A DNA stretch of 41,194 bases from a virus (Duplodnaviria > Caudoviricetes). Made by a program: the position numbers and the translations under genes. Location of the stretch: the IMG/VR virus record IMGVR_UViG_3300036784_000035, positions 1 through 41,194 of that record. One strand, written 5' to 3'. Position 1 is the stretch's first letter, and each line of letters starts with the position of its first letter. Under the pieces are notes generated by a model that did not search any database, had not been told where the DNA came from, and worked only from the letters and a program-made list of their open reading frames with translations. Below, piece by piece: positions 15,249 to 24,110 of the stretch.

Positions 15249-17407
15249 GACAGCGCCGGCTGTGCATCAAACCAGGCACCCTGCAGGGCCGTGCGCACCG
15301 GCGAGGTCCAGGTAAGCCGCCATACGCGGTCCCTGGCATACCCCAACCTCTGCCACTGCGCCTGCGTCAGATACTCGCCAGCGCCGCCCATGCTCTGGCC
15401 TACCGGGTTGCCGAACGTGTGCCCGCGATCGTCCGACCAGTCGAGATACAGCAGCCATGGCGACGGCGCCGTGGCGGCCACGATGTTGTCGATGCCCAGA
15501 CTATCGGTCGGCACCTCGTCCCACTCCCAGGAAAAGCCACTGCTGTCCTCCAGCACCCACGTGCCGCTCGCATCCTCGGTGCCCATCACCCCGGTCGGAA
15601 TGGAATTGAGCCCGAACATGATCCGGCCTGGCGCGTTCCAACCGCTGTCGGTGATCGCGATTGCCGCAACCGGCTGACCCTGCCATTGGCCGCCAGGCGT
15701 CAGATACGACCCATCGCCCGACCTCTGCACACTGAGCGAGATGGCATTTCCCTGCGCGGTCAGCGCGCAATCGAACCAGCCATCCGGCGACGGAGGCCCG
15801 ACCGGCACCAGCGTGCCATTCAGCTGCGCATACCAGGCACCGTTGTAGATCTGGATGCCGGCCCAGTAGCCGCCGCTACCAGCCCCTGGCGCCCGCGCGG
15901 CTACCATCGCCGAGCTGCCGTCGTCCGCCGTTGGTTCCGGCAGCACGCGAAACGCAATGCTATAATCCGCGATCGACGGAAACGGCCCGGTCGAGGCGTA
16001 GGTGGTGCTGCCGTTGAGCGCAATCACCGCGCCATCGCTCAGCACCGCGCCGACGCCGCCGATCATCGACCACGTTGCATTGATCTCGCCGGGCGAAGGG
16101 GAATACTGCTCGACCGGCGTGCCATCCGGCCCGTTGAACAGGCACGAGATCAGCGCTTGCGGCTGCGACGGTGCCGGGCCGTCCATGCCGGTCTCGAAGT
16201 CGGCGGCGAACTGGCGATGAAACACGCGCTTGCCGTTGTTCAGCACATGCGGCCATGACCGCTGCCGCTTGATCGGCGCACCGTTGTCGGTCTGAGCGCG
16301 ATGGTCGATCTGATAGATGTTGCCGTTCTGCCAGTCGCCGGCGATCACCACCCCGGTCGGTGCGGTCTGCCACAGCGGATAGGCGCAGTTGCATCGGGAG
16401 CGATGCTCGTTGCCTGACCCGTCGACCCACAGCCATTCGTGCCAGAGGCCGGTGGAGATGTCGTAGCACCAGGTATGGTCCGCTGTCGGGAAGGTCAGCA
16501 CGTAGACCGCGTGGCCGCCCAGCAGATAGATGAAGCCGATGGCGTCACTCACCGTGCTGTAGTTGGTCCAGGTCTCCTCCAGCGCGTAGGTCGATACCCG
16601 CTTGGTCTGGTAGCCGGCGCCCTGCATCAGCAGCGGTCCGCCCTGGCGGTCCAGCGTCAGCCAGAACACCGTATTGTCGTAGACGGCCACGCTGTATTTC
16701 GCGATGCAGCCGTGATCGACGAAGGTCGCCGGGATTTCCTGGAACGGGAATTGCGTCGGGTCTCCGATGTTGGCCCAGATTTCCGTGGTGCGTTCGCCGA
16801 TCAGCCAGATCTCGCGCTTGGCCACCGCGAGCGTCACCAGGTCGTCGGGGTAGCTGCTCTTGTTGGCGAAGTATAGCGGGTCGAATGTCACCGCGAGCGA
16901 GTCGCTGGAATAGAACTGCGGCGTGCCTGGCTTATTGAACAGCAGATAGGTGTCCAGGTAGTCGACCCGGTCGGCGCCGACGAACATGCCGGTGGGATCG
17001 CTGATCGCGGAGAACGCATTGGAGGCCAGATCGACCTCCCAGCCGCCCGTGGTGCCGTCGACGATCACCAGCGTCTCGCTGTTGTCCTGCATGCTCACCG
17101 GCGTCGTCAGTCCTGCCGTGATGCTGCCGAGCAGCGTGGCCGCGAGCGGTGTAAAGCTGGTGACGTGGTAGACGCCAGCGCCGGCGACCACAAAGATGGC
17201 GTCGTTGGTGGCCTGGCGAATGCCTCGGATCGGGCCTTGCGGCATGGTGGCGAGCAGCGTCAGGCCCGGTGTGGGATAGTGAGCGAACTGCGACGGCTCG
17301 CCCTGCTGCTCCGGCATCGGCTCGGGATACAGGTTGAGCGAGCGCTGCGCCGATGCGATGACGCTGCGCGCCTGGTAGGCTCCCCCGGTGAGCGCGAGGC
17401 GCGGCAC
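15245..17407 (-). CDS. P22 gp10-like tail hub / DNA stabilisation protein with internal insertion
   Basis: NLYPE..YPTPGL start, GCIAKYS, TWCYD..TGLWHE, WSDD.G.TF...G..GEY..W.RLG..RDRV end. Confidence 0.85.
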   Translation of the reverse strand: MPRLALTGGAYQARSVIASAQRSLNLYPEPMPEQQGEPSQFAHYPTPGLTLLATMPQGPIRGIRQATNDAIFVVAGAGVYHVTSFTPLAATLLGSITAGLTTPVSMQDNSETLVIVDGTTGGWEVDLASNAFSAISDPTGMFVGADRVDYLDTYLLFNKPGTPQFYSSDSLAVTFDPLYFANKSSYPDDLVTLAVAKREIWLIGERTTEIWANIGDPTQFPFQEIPATFVDHGCIAKYSVAVYDNTVFWLTLDRQGGPLLMQGAGYQTKRVSTYALEETWTNYSTVSDAIGFIYLLGGHAVYVLTFPTADHTWCYDISTGLWHEWLWVDGSGNEHRSRCNCAYPLWQTAPTGVVIAGDWQNGNIYQIDHRAQTDNGAPIKRQRSWPHVLNNGKRVFHRQFAADFETGMDGPAPSQPQALISCLFNGPDGTPVEQYSPSPGEINATWSMIGGVGAVLSDGAVIALNGSTTYASTGPFPSIADYSIAFRVLPEPTADDGSSAMVAARAPGAGSGGYWAGIQIYNGAWYAQLNGTLVPVGPPSPDGWFDCALTAQGNAISLSVQRSGDGSYLTPGGQWQGQPVAAIAITDSGWNAPGRIMFGLNSIPTGVMGTEDASGTWVLEDSSGFSWEWDEVPTDSLGIDNIVAATAPSPWLLYLDWSDDRGHTFGNPVGQSMGGAGEYLTQAQWQRLGYARDRVWRLTWTSPVRTALQGAWFDAQPALS

Positions 17408-17410
17408 GAC

Positions 17411-17590
17411 CTATGGCTCGCCCTGCGCTATGTGCTGCAGAGCGTCCGCTCCGTTGCCAGGACGCATCTCGGAGCGCGCCATGGCTTCGAGTGCCTGGCA
17501 TACCTGCACCATCGCCATGGCCTCGCCGCCCTTGATGTCCACCCGCTGGAGGAACAGAAGCGCAGCACGGATGAGATCTGGCGACATCAT
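17411..17590 (-). CDS. Small hypothetical protein (FLQRVDIKGGEA)
   Basis: Coupled start; L.RV..KG.EA motif is often seen near phage tail genes. Confidence 0.65.
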   Translation of the reverse strand: MMSPDLIRAALLFLQRVDIKGGEAMAMVQVCQALEAMARSEMRPGNGADALQHIAQGEP

Positions 17591-17694
17591 TGCGGGTTTG
17601 CCTGCGTGCCGCTGAACATCATGCCTGCCTGTGTTGCCATGGATCACCTCATGCTGAGGTTGCGGATTTCGGGGAACGGCGGCAGCCTGGGCGG

Positions 17695-18348
17695 ATGACC
17701 GACACAGTGTTCGACCGGACGATGCGCGCGATCCACGGCACCAACGTATATGCCGGGTTTGTCCCGGTCATGCCGCTGGATTTGCAAGGTTGGAACCAAC
17801 AGCACCAGACACTGCGGGCCGCCGCGGACACCGCAACCATCATCATTGATGTCGGAACCTGGAAGGGCGCTTCCACGATTGGGCTCGCGCAGCGAATGCA
17901 GACTCGCGGCGTGGACGGTTGCGTAATCGGGGTGGACACTTTTCTCGGCAGTCCAGAGCACGTGCTGCAAGGCAGCCGTCATGCCGGCTTGGTGCCGAAC
18001 AGCCACGGCAGACTGATGCTGTATGAGCAATTCCTGACCAACGTGGTGCGTTCCGGGGTGCAGCATCTGGTGGTGCCGTTGCCGCAGACCAGCGACAACG
18101 CGGCCGCTATTCTGGCAACACTCCGCATCAAGGCTGACGCGATCCACGTCGACGCCGCGCACGACTACGACTCCGTGCTGCGCGACGCCCGCGCCTATTG
18201 GCGGCTGCTGGCGCCGGGAGGCACCATGATCGGTGACGATTATCATCCGTCGTGGCCCGGCGTGATGAAGGGCGCCGATGAGTTCGCGGCCGAGGTTGGG
18301 TTGCCGCTCGAAAATATCCCGCCGAAGTGGATCATTCGCAAACGTTGA
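17695..18348 (+). CDS. Class I SAM-dependent methyltransferase (Methyltransf_24-like), antisense moron
   Basis: IDVGTWKGAS, VDTFLGS, IHVDAAHDY, L.PGG.MIGDDY motifs. Confidence 0.88.
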   Translation: MTDTVFDRTMRAIHGTNVYAGFVPVMPLDLQGWNQQHQTLRAAADTATIIIDVGTWKGASTIGLAQRMQTRGVDGCVIGVDTFLGSPEHVLQGSRHAGLVPNSHGRLMLYEQFLTNVVRSGVQHLVVPLPQTSDNAAAILATLRIKADAIHVDAAHDYDSVLRDARAYWRLLAPGGTMIGDDYHPSWPGVMKGADEFAAEVGLPLENIPPKWIIRKR

Positions 18349-18355
18349 TCCTCCA

Positions 18356-20479
18356 CTAGTGCAGATACTCAACGACGAAGTATCGGCAGGCCACTGAGCC
18401 GGCTACCGGGTTGGTGTTGTTCACCCCGGTGACGGTGATCGTAATCGCCGCGGTGTCGGTAACAGTGGCGAGTCCGCTCGTGACGGTGATCGCTGAATTA
18501 TTGGTCAGCCCCTTGCTGTTGGTCGTCTGTGTATTGGAGCCGGTTTTAAGAATGTCATAGGTGATCTCCCACGATGTCGCGGAGGCTGAAGTCCCGTTGG
18601 ACGCCTGCGATGCCGAAGGCCCGAAGCGCACGCGCGCAACTTTACTATCCGTCGAGCCGGCGAACGTGCCGCCAGCGGTTATGCGGATACGGTCGCCAAC
18701 ATTGGCCAAGGCACCAGCCGGCAGCGTGTAGGACTGCAATGTATCCTCAGTGGTGTCGGCCCCATTGCCGACCAAGGTGCCTGTCGCATACAGCGTGCGG
18801 CTGATCATCGGCCCGGACAGCGTCCCGCCCACCGTGGTCGGGCCGCCGCTCGGTTGCAACGCCAAGGTGGTCGCGGTCGTGTTCCAGGATAGGTTCAGCG
18901 TGCAGCCGGAACCATTCCCGCCGCGACCACTCCAAACGGTTGTCGCAACCGGGTTGGCCGGTGGCGTCGGGACTGGATAATATGGGCGCCTCGCGACGCT
19001 GTTTCCGTCCGCGAATACCGTGACCGCCGTGACGGCGCCACCACTAACAGTGGTAGCCTGATAGATACCGCCCCAGCCATCAAACAGCAGATCATTCACC
19101 GTGTAGCCGGAACCACCTGCCGCAACGGTGGGTGTCCCAGTCCCCACGAGGCCCTTGCAATCCAGGGCCAGCCCGGAGGGCGATGGAGTGGCGTAGCCGG
19201 TGCCGATCTGCACTGCGCCGAGGCCATCCACGGCAAAGCCGTTGGATGTGAGGAAGCCGGCGCGCGCGGTCGTGTTGAACGCAGGGAAGCCAACCTGGAG
19301 CATATCCACGCCGAACCGCGCACTGGACGGCTTGGTCGAGTAGTTGTTGCCGATGCGTCCCTGTAAAACGGCGCCCTGCGCGGTATCCAATGGCCATTGC
19401 GCTCCCGGCGAGCCTATCATCAGGGCTGCCTTGCGGCCGGCCGTGACGCCGATCTGGTCGCCGACATAAACCGCGTTGTCATCCAGCGTCGCCTGGGTGC
19501 CGTGCCCATTGAGATGAACCAGCAGCAGGGAGTTTTCGTTGAGGGTGCTCGCGCCCACGTTCGTGCAGGTGTCAATCTCCATGCCGGCGTTGCCGGTGAA
19601 ATAGGTGCATCCGGTGCTTGTTCCGCTGTCGTAACTCAGAACCGACGTGACGCCGACTGCGGTCTGTGCGCCCTGCGGCGTGCCGGATGTGCCGCCAACA
19701 TTGGTTTCACCCCACGTGGTGAACTGGGCCGCCTGATTTATTCCGGAATATGTATAGCTGCCGCCCTGTCTGGCGCCGATGCTCGTCTGCGCAACATTCA
19801 GAGTGATGCGGTTGCCGGTGGCGCTGTTGGCGTTGGGGGCTATGTTCTGGACGATAGAGACCATCTGCCCAGCCTGCGCACTGCTGGCCGTCACCTTGTC
19901 GCTGACCGTCATATTAACGAGCCCGACTGGCGTGCTTGGAGAGCCGCCGACGAAGCCGCTCATCTGCAACCAGCCGATTGTGTTCGTGTTACTGAGCAGC
20001 GTGTTGTTGCCGGTCATCCTGAGATTGGTGGCAGATGCCTGGTTCGTCAGTCCCAGCGTGCCGCCCACGGTCGCGTTGTTGGTGACCGCCAGCCCGGTGC
20101 CGGCGGCGGAAAATGTGGTGGCGCCCGCGACGGTGCCTCCCGTCGCCAGCGGCAGGAACACGCCGGTCGTGTGGGTATCGACGTAGTTCCTGGTCGCCGC
20201 CTGCGCTGCCGCGGTCGGGTCGCCGGAGAGCACCAGCGGGCCGCCCATGGTGCTTCCGGCCAGAGCCACGTAACTCGCTGGCTGCCACGCGGCGCCATCC
20301 CACACCGAGATCGTGCCGGTGGCCGAGTTATACCAGACCAGGCCTGGCGTTGGCGCTCCCGGCGGCGTCGCACTGACTGCGGCGCCACTGCTCTGCGCTA
20401 CCGCTGCATTGAGCGCCGCCGCGGTCAGCACCTCGCCGTGATTCCACGGATAGACCGCAACGCCATTCGCATCGAGCAT
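18356..20479 (-). CDS. Tail fibre/spike (receptor-binding protein)
   Basis: Gly/Thr-rich beta-structured protein; W.NS..G....WDG..W, M.G.L.LSGDP...QAAT.NYVD motifs; TAATG coupling. Confidence 0.8.
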   Translation of the reverse strand: MLDANGVAVYPWNHGEVLTAAALNAAVAQSSGAAVSATPPGAPTPGLVWYNSATGTISVWDGAAWQPASYVALAGSTMGGPLVLSGDPTAAAQAATRNYVDTHTTGVFLPLATGGTVAGATTFSAAGTGLAVTNNATVGGTLGLTNQASATNLRMTGNNTLLSNTNTIGWLQMSGFVGGSPSTPVGLVNMTVSDKVTASSAQAGQMVSIVQNIAPNANSATGNRITLNVAQTSIGARQGGSYTYSGINQAAQFTTWGETNVGGTSGTPQGAQTAVGVTSVLSYDSGTSTGCTYFTGNAGMEIDTCTNVGASTLNENSLLLVHLNGHGTQATLDDNAVYVGDQIGVTAGRKAALMIGSPGAQWPLDTAQGAVLQGRIGNNYSTKPSSARFGVDMLQVGFPAFNTTARAGFLTSNGFAVDGLGAVQIGTGYATPSPSGLALDCKGLVGTGTPTVAAGGSGYTVNDLLFDGWGGIYQATTVSGGAVTAVTVFADGNSVARRPYYPVPTPPANPVATTVWSGRGGNGSGCTLNLSWNTTATTLALQPSGGPTTVGGTLSGPMISRTLYATGTLVGNGADTTEDTLQSYTLPAGALANVGDRIRITAGGTFAGSTDSKVARVRFGPSASQASNGTSASATSWEITYDILKTGSNTQTTNSKGLTNNSAITVTSGLATVTDTAAITITVTGVNNTNPVAGSVACRYFVVEYLH

Positions 20480-21243
20480 TACAAAACCGCCCCTTGATCG
20501 AGGATGAACGCCCGTCCCAACCCGCTGCCGACCAGCGAGAAGCCATCGCCGCGGTTGCGCAGCGGTGCCGGGATCGCGAGTTGCGGGATCTGCGCGTTGG
20601 CCTGCCGCAGCGTGTTCATCGCCACCGCCGCCGCAGCCACATGGTCCGGTCTGGCTTGCAACCCGTATGCCATCTGCATCCGCACGCACATCGTCCAGAT
20701 GAGGGCGTCGATGTATTCATCCGGCAGGTTCAGCGGATCAGCCACCGACACGTAGGTCGGCAGCGGCACCTTCACGACCAGAAACAGGCCGTACATGTTG
20801 GCCGGCGGCACCGGCCAGAAATACACCTGCCCGGTCGGATAGCCGCTCTCGTAGTAGACCGCCGCCGGCATCGTCTCCAAGGTCTTGACGCTGATGCTGA
20901 CGTAATCCTCGCGCGAGTCGAACACCTCGACCGGGATGTCCACGAGGTTCGGCGGCGTGCCCTGGATGATGCGGATGAACGCGCGGCTGATCCGATCCGG
21001 GCGTCCGTTCACGTTGAAGTCGCAGCCCGGTCCGATGCTGTAGGACAGCGCGCCGGTCGAGGCGGCGACATCCACCGTCTGCTCGACGAACACGAGCCAG
21101 CGTTTCTTCTGCCACTGCGCGATCAGCGCGCGCAGCAGGTTGAGGCCGGTATTCAGGTCGTCGGGGGCGGCGTTCTGGCCCTGCCCTAGAATCCCCGACG
21201 CCTTGAGCACCATGATCAGCAGATCGTAGACGGTGACGATCAC
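20479..21243 (-). CDS. Head-tail adaptor (P22 gp4-like)
   Basis: T..DL..LK..GILG.GQ...D...GL..L..L...W; LP.EY..AL; synteny. Confidence 0.8.
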   Translation of the reverse strand: MIVTVYDLLIMVLKASGILGQGQNAAPDDLNTGLNLLRALIAQWQKKRWLVFVEQTVDVAASTGALSYSIGPGCDFNVNGRPDRISRAFIRIIQGTPPNLVDIPVEVFDSREDYVSISVKTLETMPAAVYYESGYPTGQVYFWPVPPANMYGLFLVVKVPLPTYVSVADPLNLPDEYIDALIWTMCVRMQMAYGLQARPDHVAAAAVAMNTLRQANAQIPQLAIPAPLRNRGDGFSLVGSGLGRAFILDQGAVL

Positions 21244-21647
21244 GCCGAGGCCACCGTGAACCACGCACCGGCCAACGGCGACATGAACACGTCGGACTTG
21301 CCTGCCGCGAGCGCGACGCCGGTAGCTGCGGCGACGCCGTTGATGGTGTCGGACCCGGCGGTGTTGGCGAAGATCTGCGCGCTCGCTGCGCCGGCATTGC
21401 TAACCCACATCAGTTGCCCGCCGACCGCCGGCGGCAGCATGCAACTATCGTTCGCCGTCGCGCATACAGCGATCAGGTTGATGGCGGAGGTCAGCGGTGT
21501 GCCGAGGGCTCGTGTGCCCCCGGCGTGTGCTGTAAGCGATGCGGACGAGAAGCCGTTGCCGGATGCCATCAGCGACAGGTCGTGCATGCCGGTGCCGACG
21601 TTGAAGCTGATGGTGCGCCCGGTTGGGTAGCTGACATTCGTTGCCAT
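21240..21647 (-). CDS. Virion structural (decoration-like) protein
   Basis: AAGGAG SD; small beta-rich protein after the coat gene. Confidence 0.65.
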   Translation of the reverse strand: MATNVSYPTGRTISFNVGTGMHDLSLMASGNGFSSASLTAHAGGTRALGTPLTSAINLIAVCATANDSCMLPPAVGGQLMWVSNAGAASAQIFANTAGSDTINGVAAATGVALAAGKSDVFMSPLAGAWFTVASA

Positions 21648-21658
21648 GGTGCTGCTCC

Positions 21659-22246
21659 TTATTCGATGTGCGCCCAACTGCGACGCTTGCGGATGTCGGT
21701 GATTGTGGCTTTCGACACGCCGTATCGCTTGGCGAGGTCGACACCGCGCTCGGTGCTGGTGCGGATGGTGCGGACGATTTCCTCGGTCAGCTTTGCGTCC
21801 CAGAAGTCAACGCCCCTAGGCGGGTTTGCTCCCGCGCGAGACCGCCCCTTCGCGATCATGTCGGCGTTGTTGTCGGCGCGGGTGCCGATGAACAGGTGGG
21901 ACAGCCTCACACAACCAGCGTTGTCGCAATGATGGAGCACTGAGATGCCTTCGGGGATGCTGCCATGCTCCAGGAGCCAAGCGACGCGGTGCGCCAATTG
22001 TATGCGAGTGCCGTCGTTGATGACGCCATAACCGCGGGCATTTCGAGCAGCATTCCACTCCCAGCAATCAGGGCCGACTGTGGTGTAGAGCGTCATTCGC
22101 TCACGCAGGGATAAGCCGTGATGGCGATCCCGCTTCCCGAGCGGATCGCCGTGACGCAGCCACTTGATGTGGTGGCGATTACAAAATCCCGAGGTGCGGA
22201 CCGGACTCTCGCACCCCGGGACGGAACAGGTCTCTTGTTTGTCCAT
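21659..22246 (-). CDS. HNH homing endonuclease
   Basis: CSVPGC..C..H, CWEW...GYG..AHRVAW...VLHHCDN..CV...HL..GT..DN.. plus HTH tail. Confidence 0.92.
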   Translation of the reverse strand: MDKQETCSVPGCESPVRTSGFCNRHHIKWLRHGDPLGKRDRHHGLSLRERMTLYTTVGPDCWEWNAARNARGYGVINDGTRIQLAHRVAWLLEHGSIPEGISVLHHCDNAGCVRLSHLFIGTRADNNADMIAKGRSRAGANPPRGVDFWDAKLTEEIVRTIRTSTERGVDLAKRYGVSKATITDIRKRRSWAHIE

Positions 22247-22294
22247 ACATGACGGTATGACACTTCCGGATTAAACAAACAATGGCGACCAGCT

Positions 22295-23485
22295 CTAATT
22301 AGCAATCAATCTGACGGCGAGTTGTGGGCGAATACAGGCCGCTCCCCACAAAATGTCTAAGCGGCAGGGTAAGACATCGTTATTGATATCATACTGACGG
22401 ACTACACGTATAGATAGGCCGTCTTTCTGTGCTCTCGCGGCCATATCGACGCCACCCGGCATGACTAAATCTGCGGTTGCGAAAGTCGCAAAATCGGGAT
22501 GATACGCAATAGATTGCCCGGACGCGGTGCTTGCGCCCATCAGGAAGGTGATGGCTGCGCCTGCGCCGGGACTTGCGTTGACGTTCTGATAGGCGCCCGT
22601 GGTGGTGATCGCCGGACTGATACTCCAGGTGCCGGCGCCTGCCGTTGCCGGTGCGGTCAGCACAAAGTCCTGCAGCTGGTTGGTGACGACCTTGCTCTCG
22701 GGATGGACGCGGAACACGCCGGCAATCGTAAATACGTCGCCCACGTTGCCAGTGCCGGTGCCAGTGGTGACCGCCAACGACGATCCGGTCTGACTGCCAG
22801 CGCCCACCAGGTAGCCGGCCTGGGCACCGCGCACGTAGGTGTTGAGGTGGGTATTCTCGGCCCACTCGAAGCCAGCGCTGAGGCCCATCACGCCATCGAC
22901 GTATTGCCGGGCGATCTGCGTTGACTGCTGGAACAACCCTTTGAGGGTGTCGACCATGTCGACGTTGTCCTGGGTGTTGATCCTGAGTTGCCACTGCCGA
23001 TCCTGCGGCGTCAGGTTGTCGAGCAGCATCTTCCGGGCGATCAGCACGTTGCGGAACGACTGTGCCGCGCCATGGCCGTCCACCATGTTGTAGACTGCTG
23101 GCACTACCTGGCCGAGGAAAGCGGCCTCGACGTTGGCTGCCAGCACCGCGCACGCAGGTTCCAGATAGCGCGCGGCGAAGTCATCGATATTCAGCGTGAG
23201 TTCCTGCGAGCTGAACGAGAAGTCGACGTGGTTCTGGGTGGTGAGCGTGAGCGTGGTGTTGGTTTCCACGGTGTTCTGAATGGCCAGCGTTGGCCCGCTG
23301 CTGACGGTGAACTGCACCGGGTTGCGGATGCGCAGGTTGTTGCCGATCTTGGCCCCTGCCTGGGCGAATGAGTCATCGTATTGACGATTCACCGACCCGA
23401 TTACGTTAAGACGTTGGTGGAGGATCACGAGCGCTTTGGCGGTGATCATGTTGATGTTGAGCAGCGTGTTGGTTGCGACAGCCAT
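22295..23485 (-). CDS. Major capsid protein (P22 coat family)
   Basis: GAKIG..LRIR.P, F...ELTL.IDDF..RYLEPA, GDVFTIAGV..VHP, R.D.L.G motifs. Confidence 0.92.
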   Translation of the reverse strand: MAVATNTLLNINMITAKALVILHQRLNVIGSVNRQYDDSFAQAGAKIGNNLRIRNPVQFTVSSGPTLAIQNTVETNTTLTLTTQNHVDFSFSSQELTLNIDDFAARYLEPACAVLAANVEAAFLGQVVPAVYNMVDGHGAAQSFRNVLIARKMLLDNLTPQDRQWQLRINTQDNVDMVDTLKGLFQQSTQIARQYVDGVMGLSAGFEWAENTHLNTYVRGAQAGYLVGAGSQTGSSLAVTTGTGTGNVGDVFTIAGVFRVHPESKVVTNQLQDFVLTAPATAGAGTWSISPAITTTGAYQNVNASPGAGAAITFLMGASTASGQSIAYHPDFATFATADLVMPGGVDMAARAQKDGLSIRVVRQYDINNDVLPCRLDILWGAACIRPQLAVRLIAN

Positions 23486-23740
23486 CGAGGCTTACTCCAT
23501 GACGGAGTGCCATCGACTTCTCGTGTCAGCAGGCGTGGTGTCTCTTGATCAGTTCCGAACGGCGCAGCGGGAGGAAGTGCCGCGCCGCCCGGGTGCTGAT
23601 CAAGAAGTCTCTAGGCACGTTGTTGTGCAGGGACGATTACCGGACGTTTTAAGCCTCCGGAGCGGGCTAGCGCAGTTGGTTAACGTGTGCCTGCGATCCA
23701 CGAGCGCGGTTGTTTAGCGTGTTCCGCGATCCACGATCAG
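23486..23740 (-). ncRNA. Structured RNA leader upstream of coat gene
   Basis: Tandem 33/34-nt repeats with a compensatory stem change; 14-bp, 10-bp and 7-bp helices; hairpin over the SD. Confidence 0.6.
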
Positions 23741-23754
23741 ACCTAAGTCGGGGT

Positions 23755-23988
23755 TCAGGTCTTGATGGGTGTGAACGAGCGCGGCCCCGAATTGCCGCCG
23801 CCCTTGAGCACGGAGTCAGACTTCGACCGGCTGGGCGGCATACTGCCTGACGATCCGGTACCTGCGGGCGCCTTGTAGACGCCAGTGCTGCCGAGGCGGG
23901 AGCGGAAGGCTGCCTCGTGCGCTGCGGTCGCGCGTGCAGTGCCGGACGTGGTGCCGACATCGCCGCAGGGCGGTGCTTTGCCTGCCAT
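23755..23988 (-). CDS. Small basic low-complexity protein
   Basis: AGGAG SD. Confidence 0.6.
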   Translation of the reverse strand: MAGKAPPCGDVGTTSGTARATAAHEAAFRSRLGSTGVYKAPAGTGSSGSMPPSRSKSDSVLKGGGNSGPRSFTPIKT

Positions 23989-23990
23989 TG

Positions 23991-24110
23991 CTACTTCTCC
24001 TTGCCTTTGGGTGGTTTCGGTTTCGGCACCGCGATCATGCGGGCTGCGGGGCGACCGGACGGCGCGCGCACGGTCGCTGTGACAACGGGCTTGACCTTCG
24101 GCTTGGCCAT
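23991..24110 (-). CDS. 39-aa Lys/Pro-rich basic peptide
   Basis: MAKPKVKPVV...PKPKPPKGKEK; TGATG coupling to scaffold. Confidence 0.55.
   Translation of the reverse strand: MAKPKVKPVVTATVRAPSGRPAARMIAVPKPKPPKGKEK

Noticed and set aside
13815-20479. Diversity-generating retroelement or invertible tail-fibre switch
   Set aside because: No reverse transcriptase, invertase or duplicated template region seen
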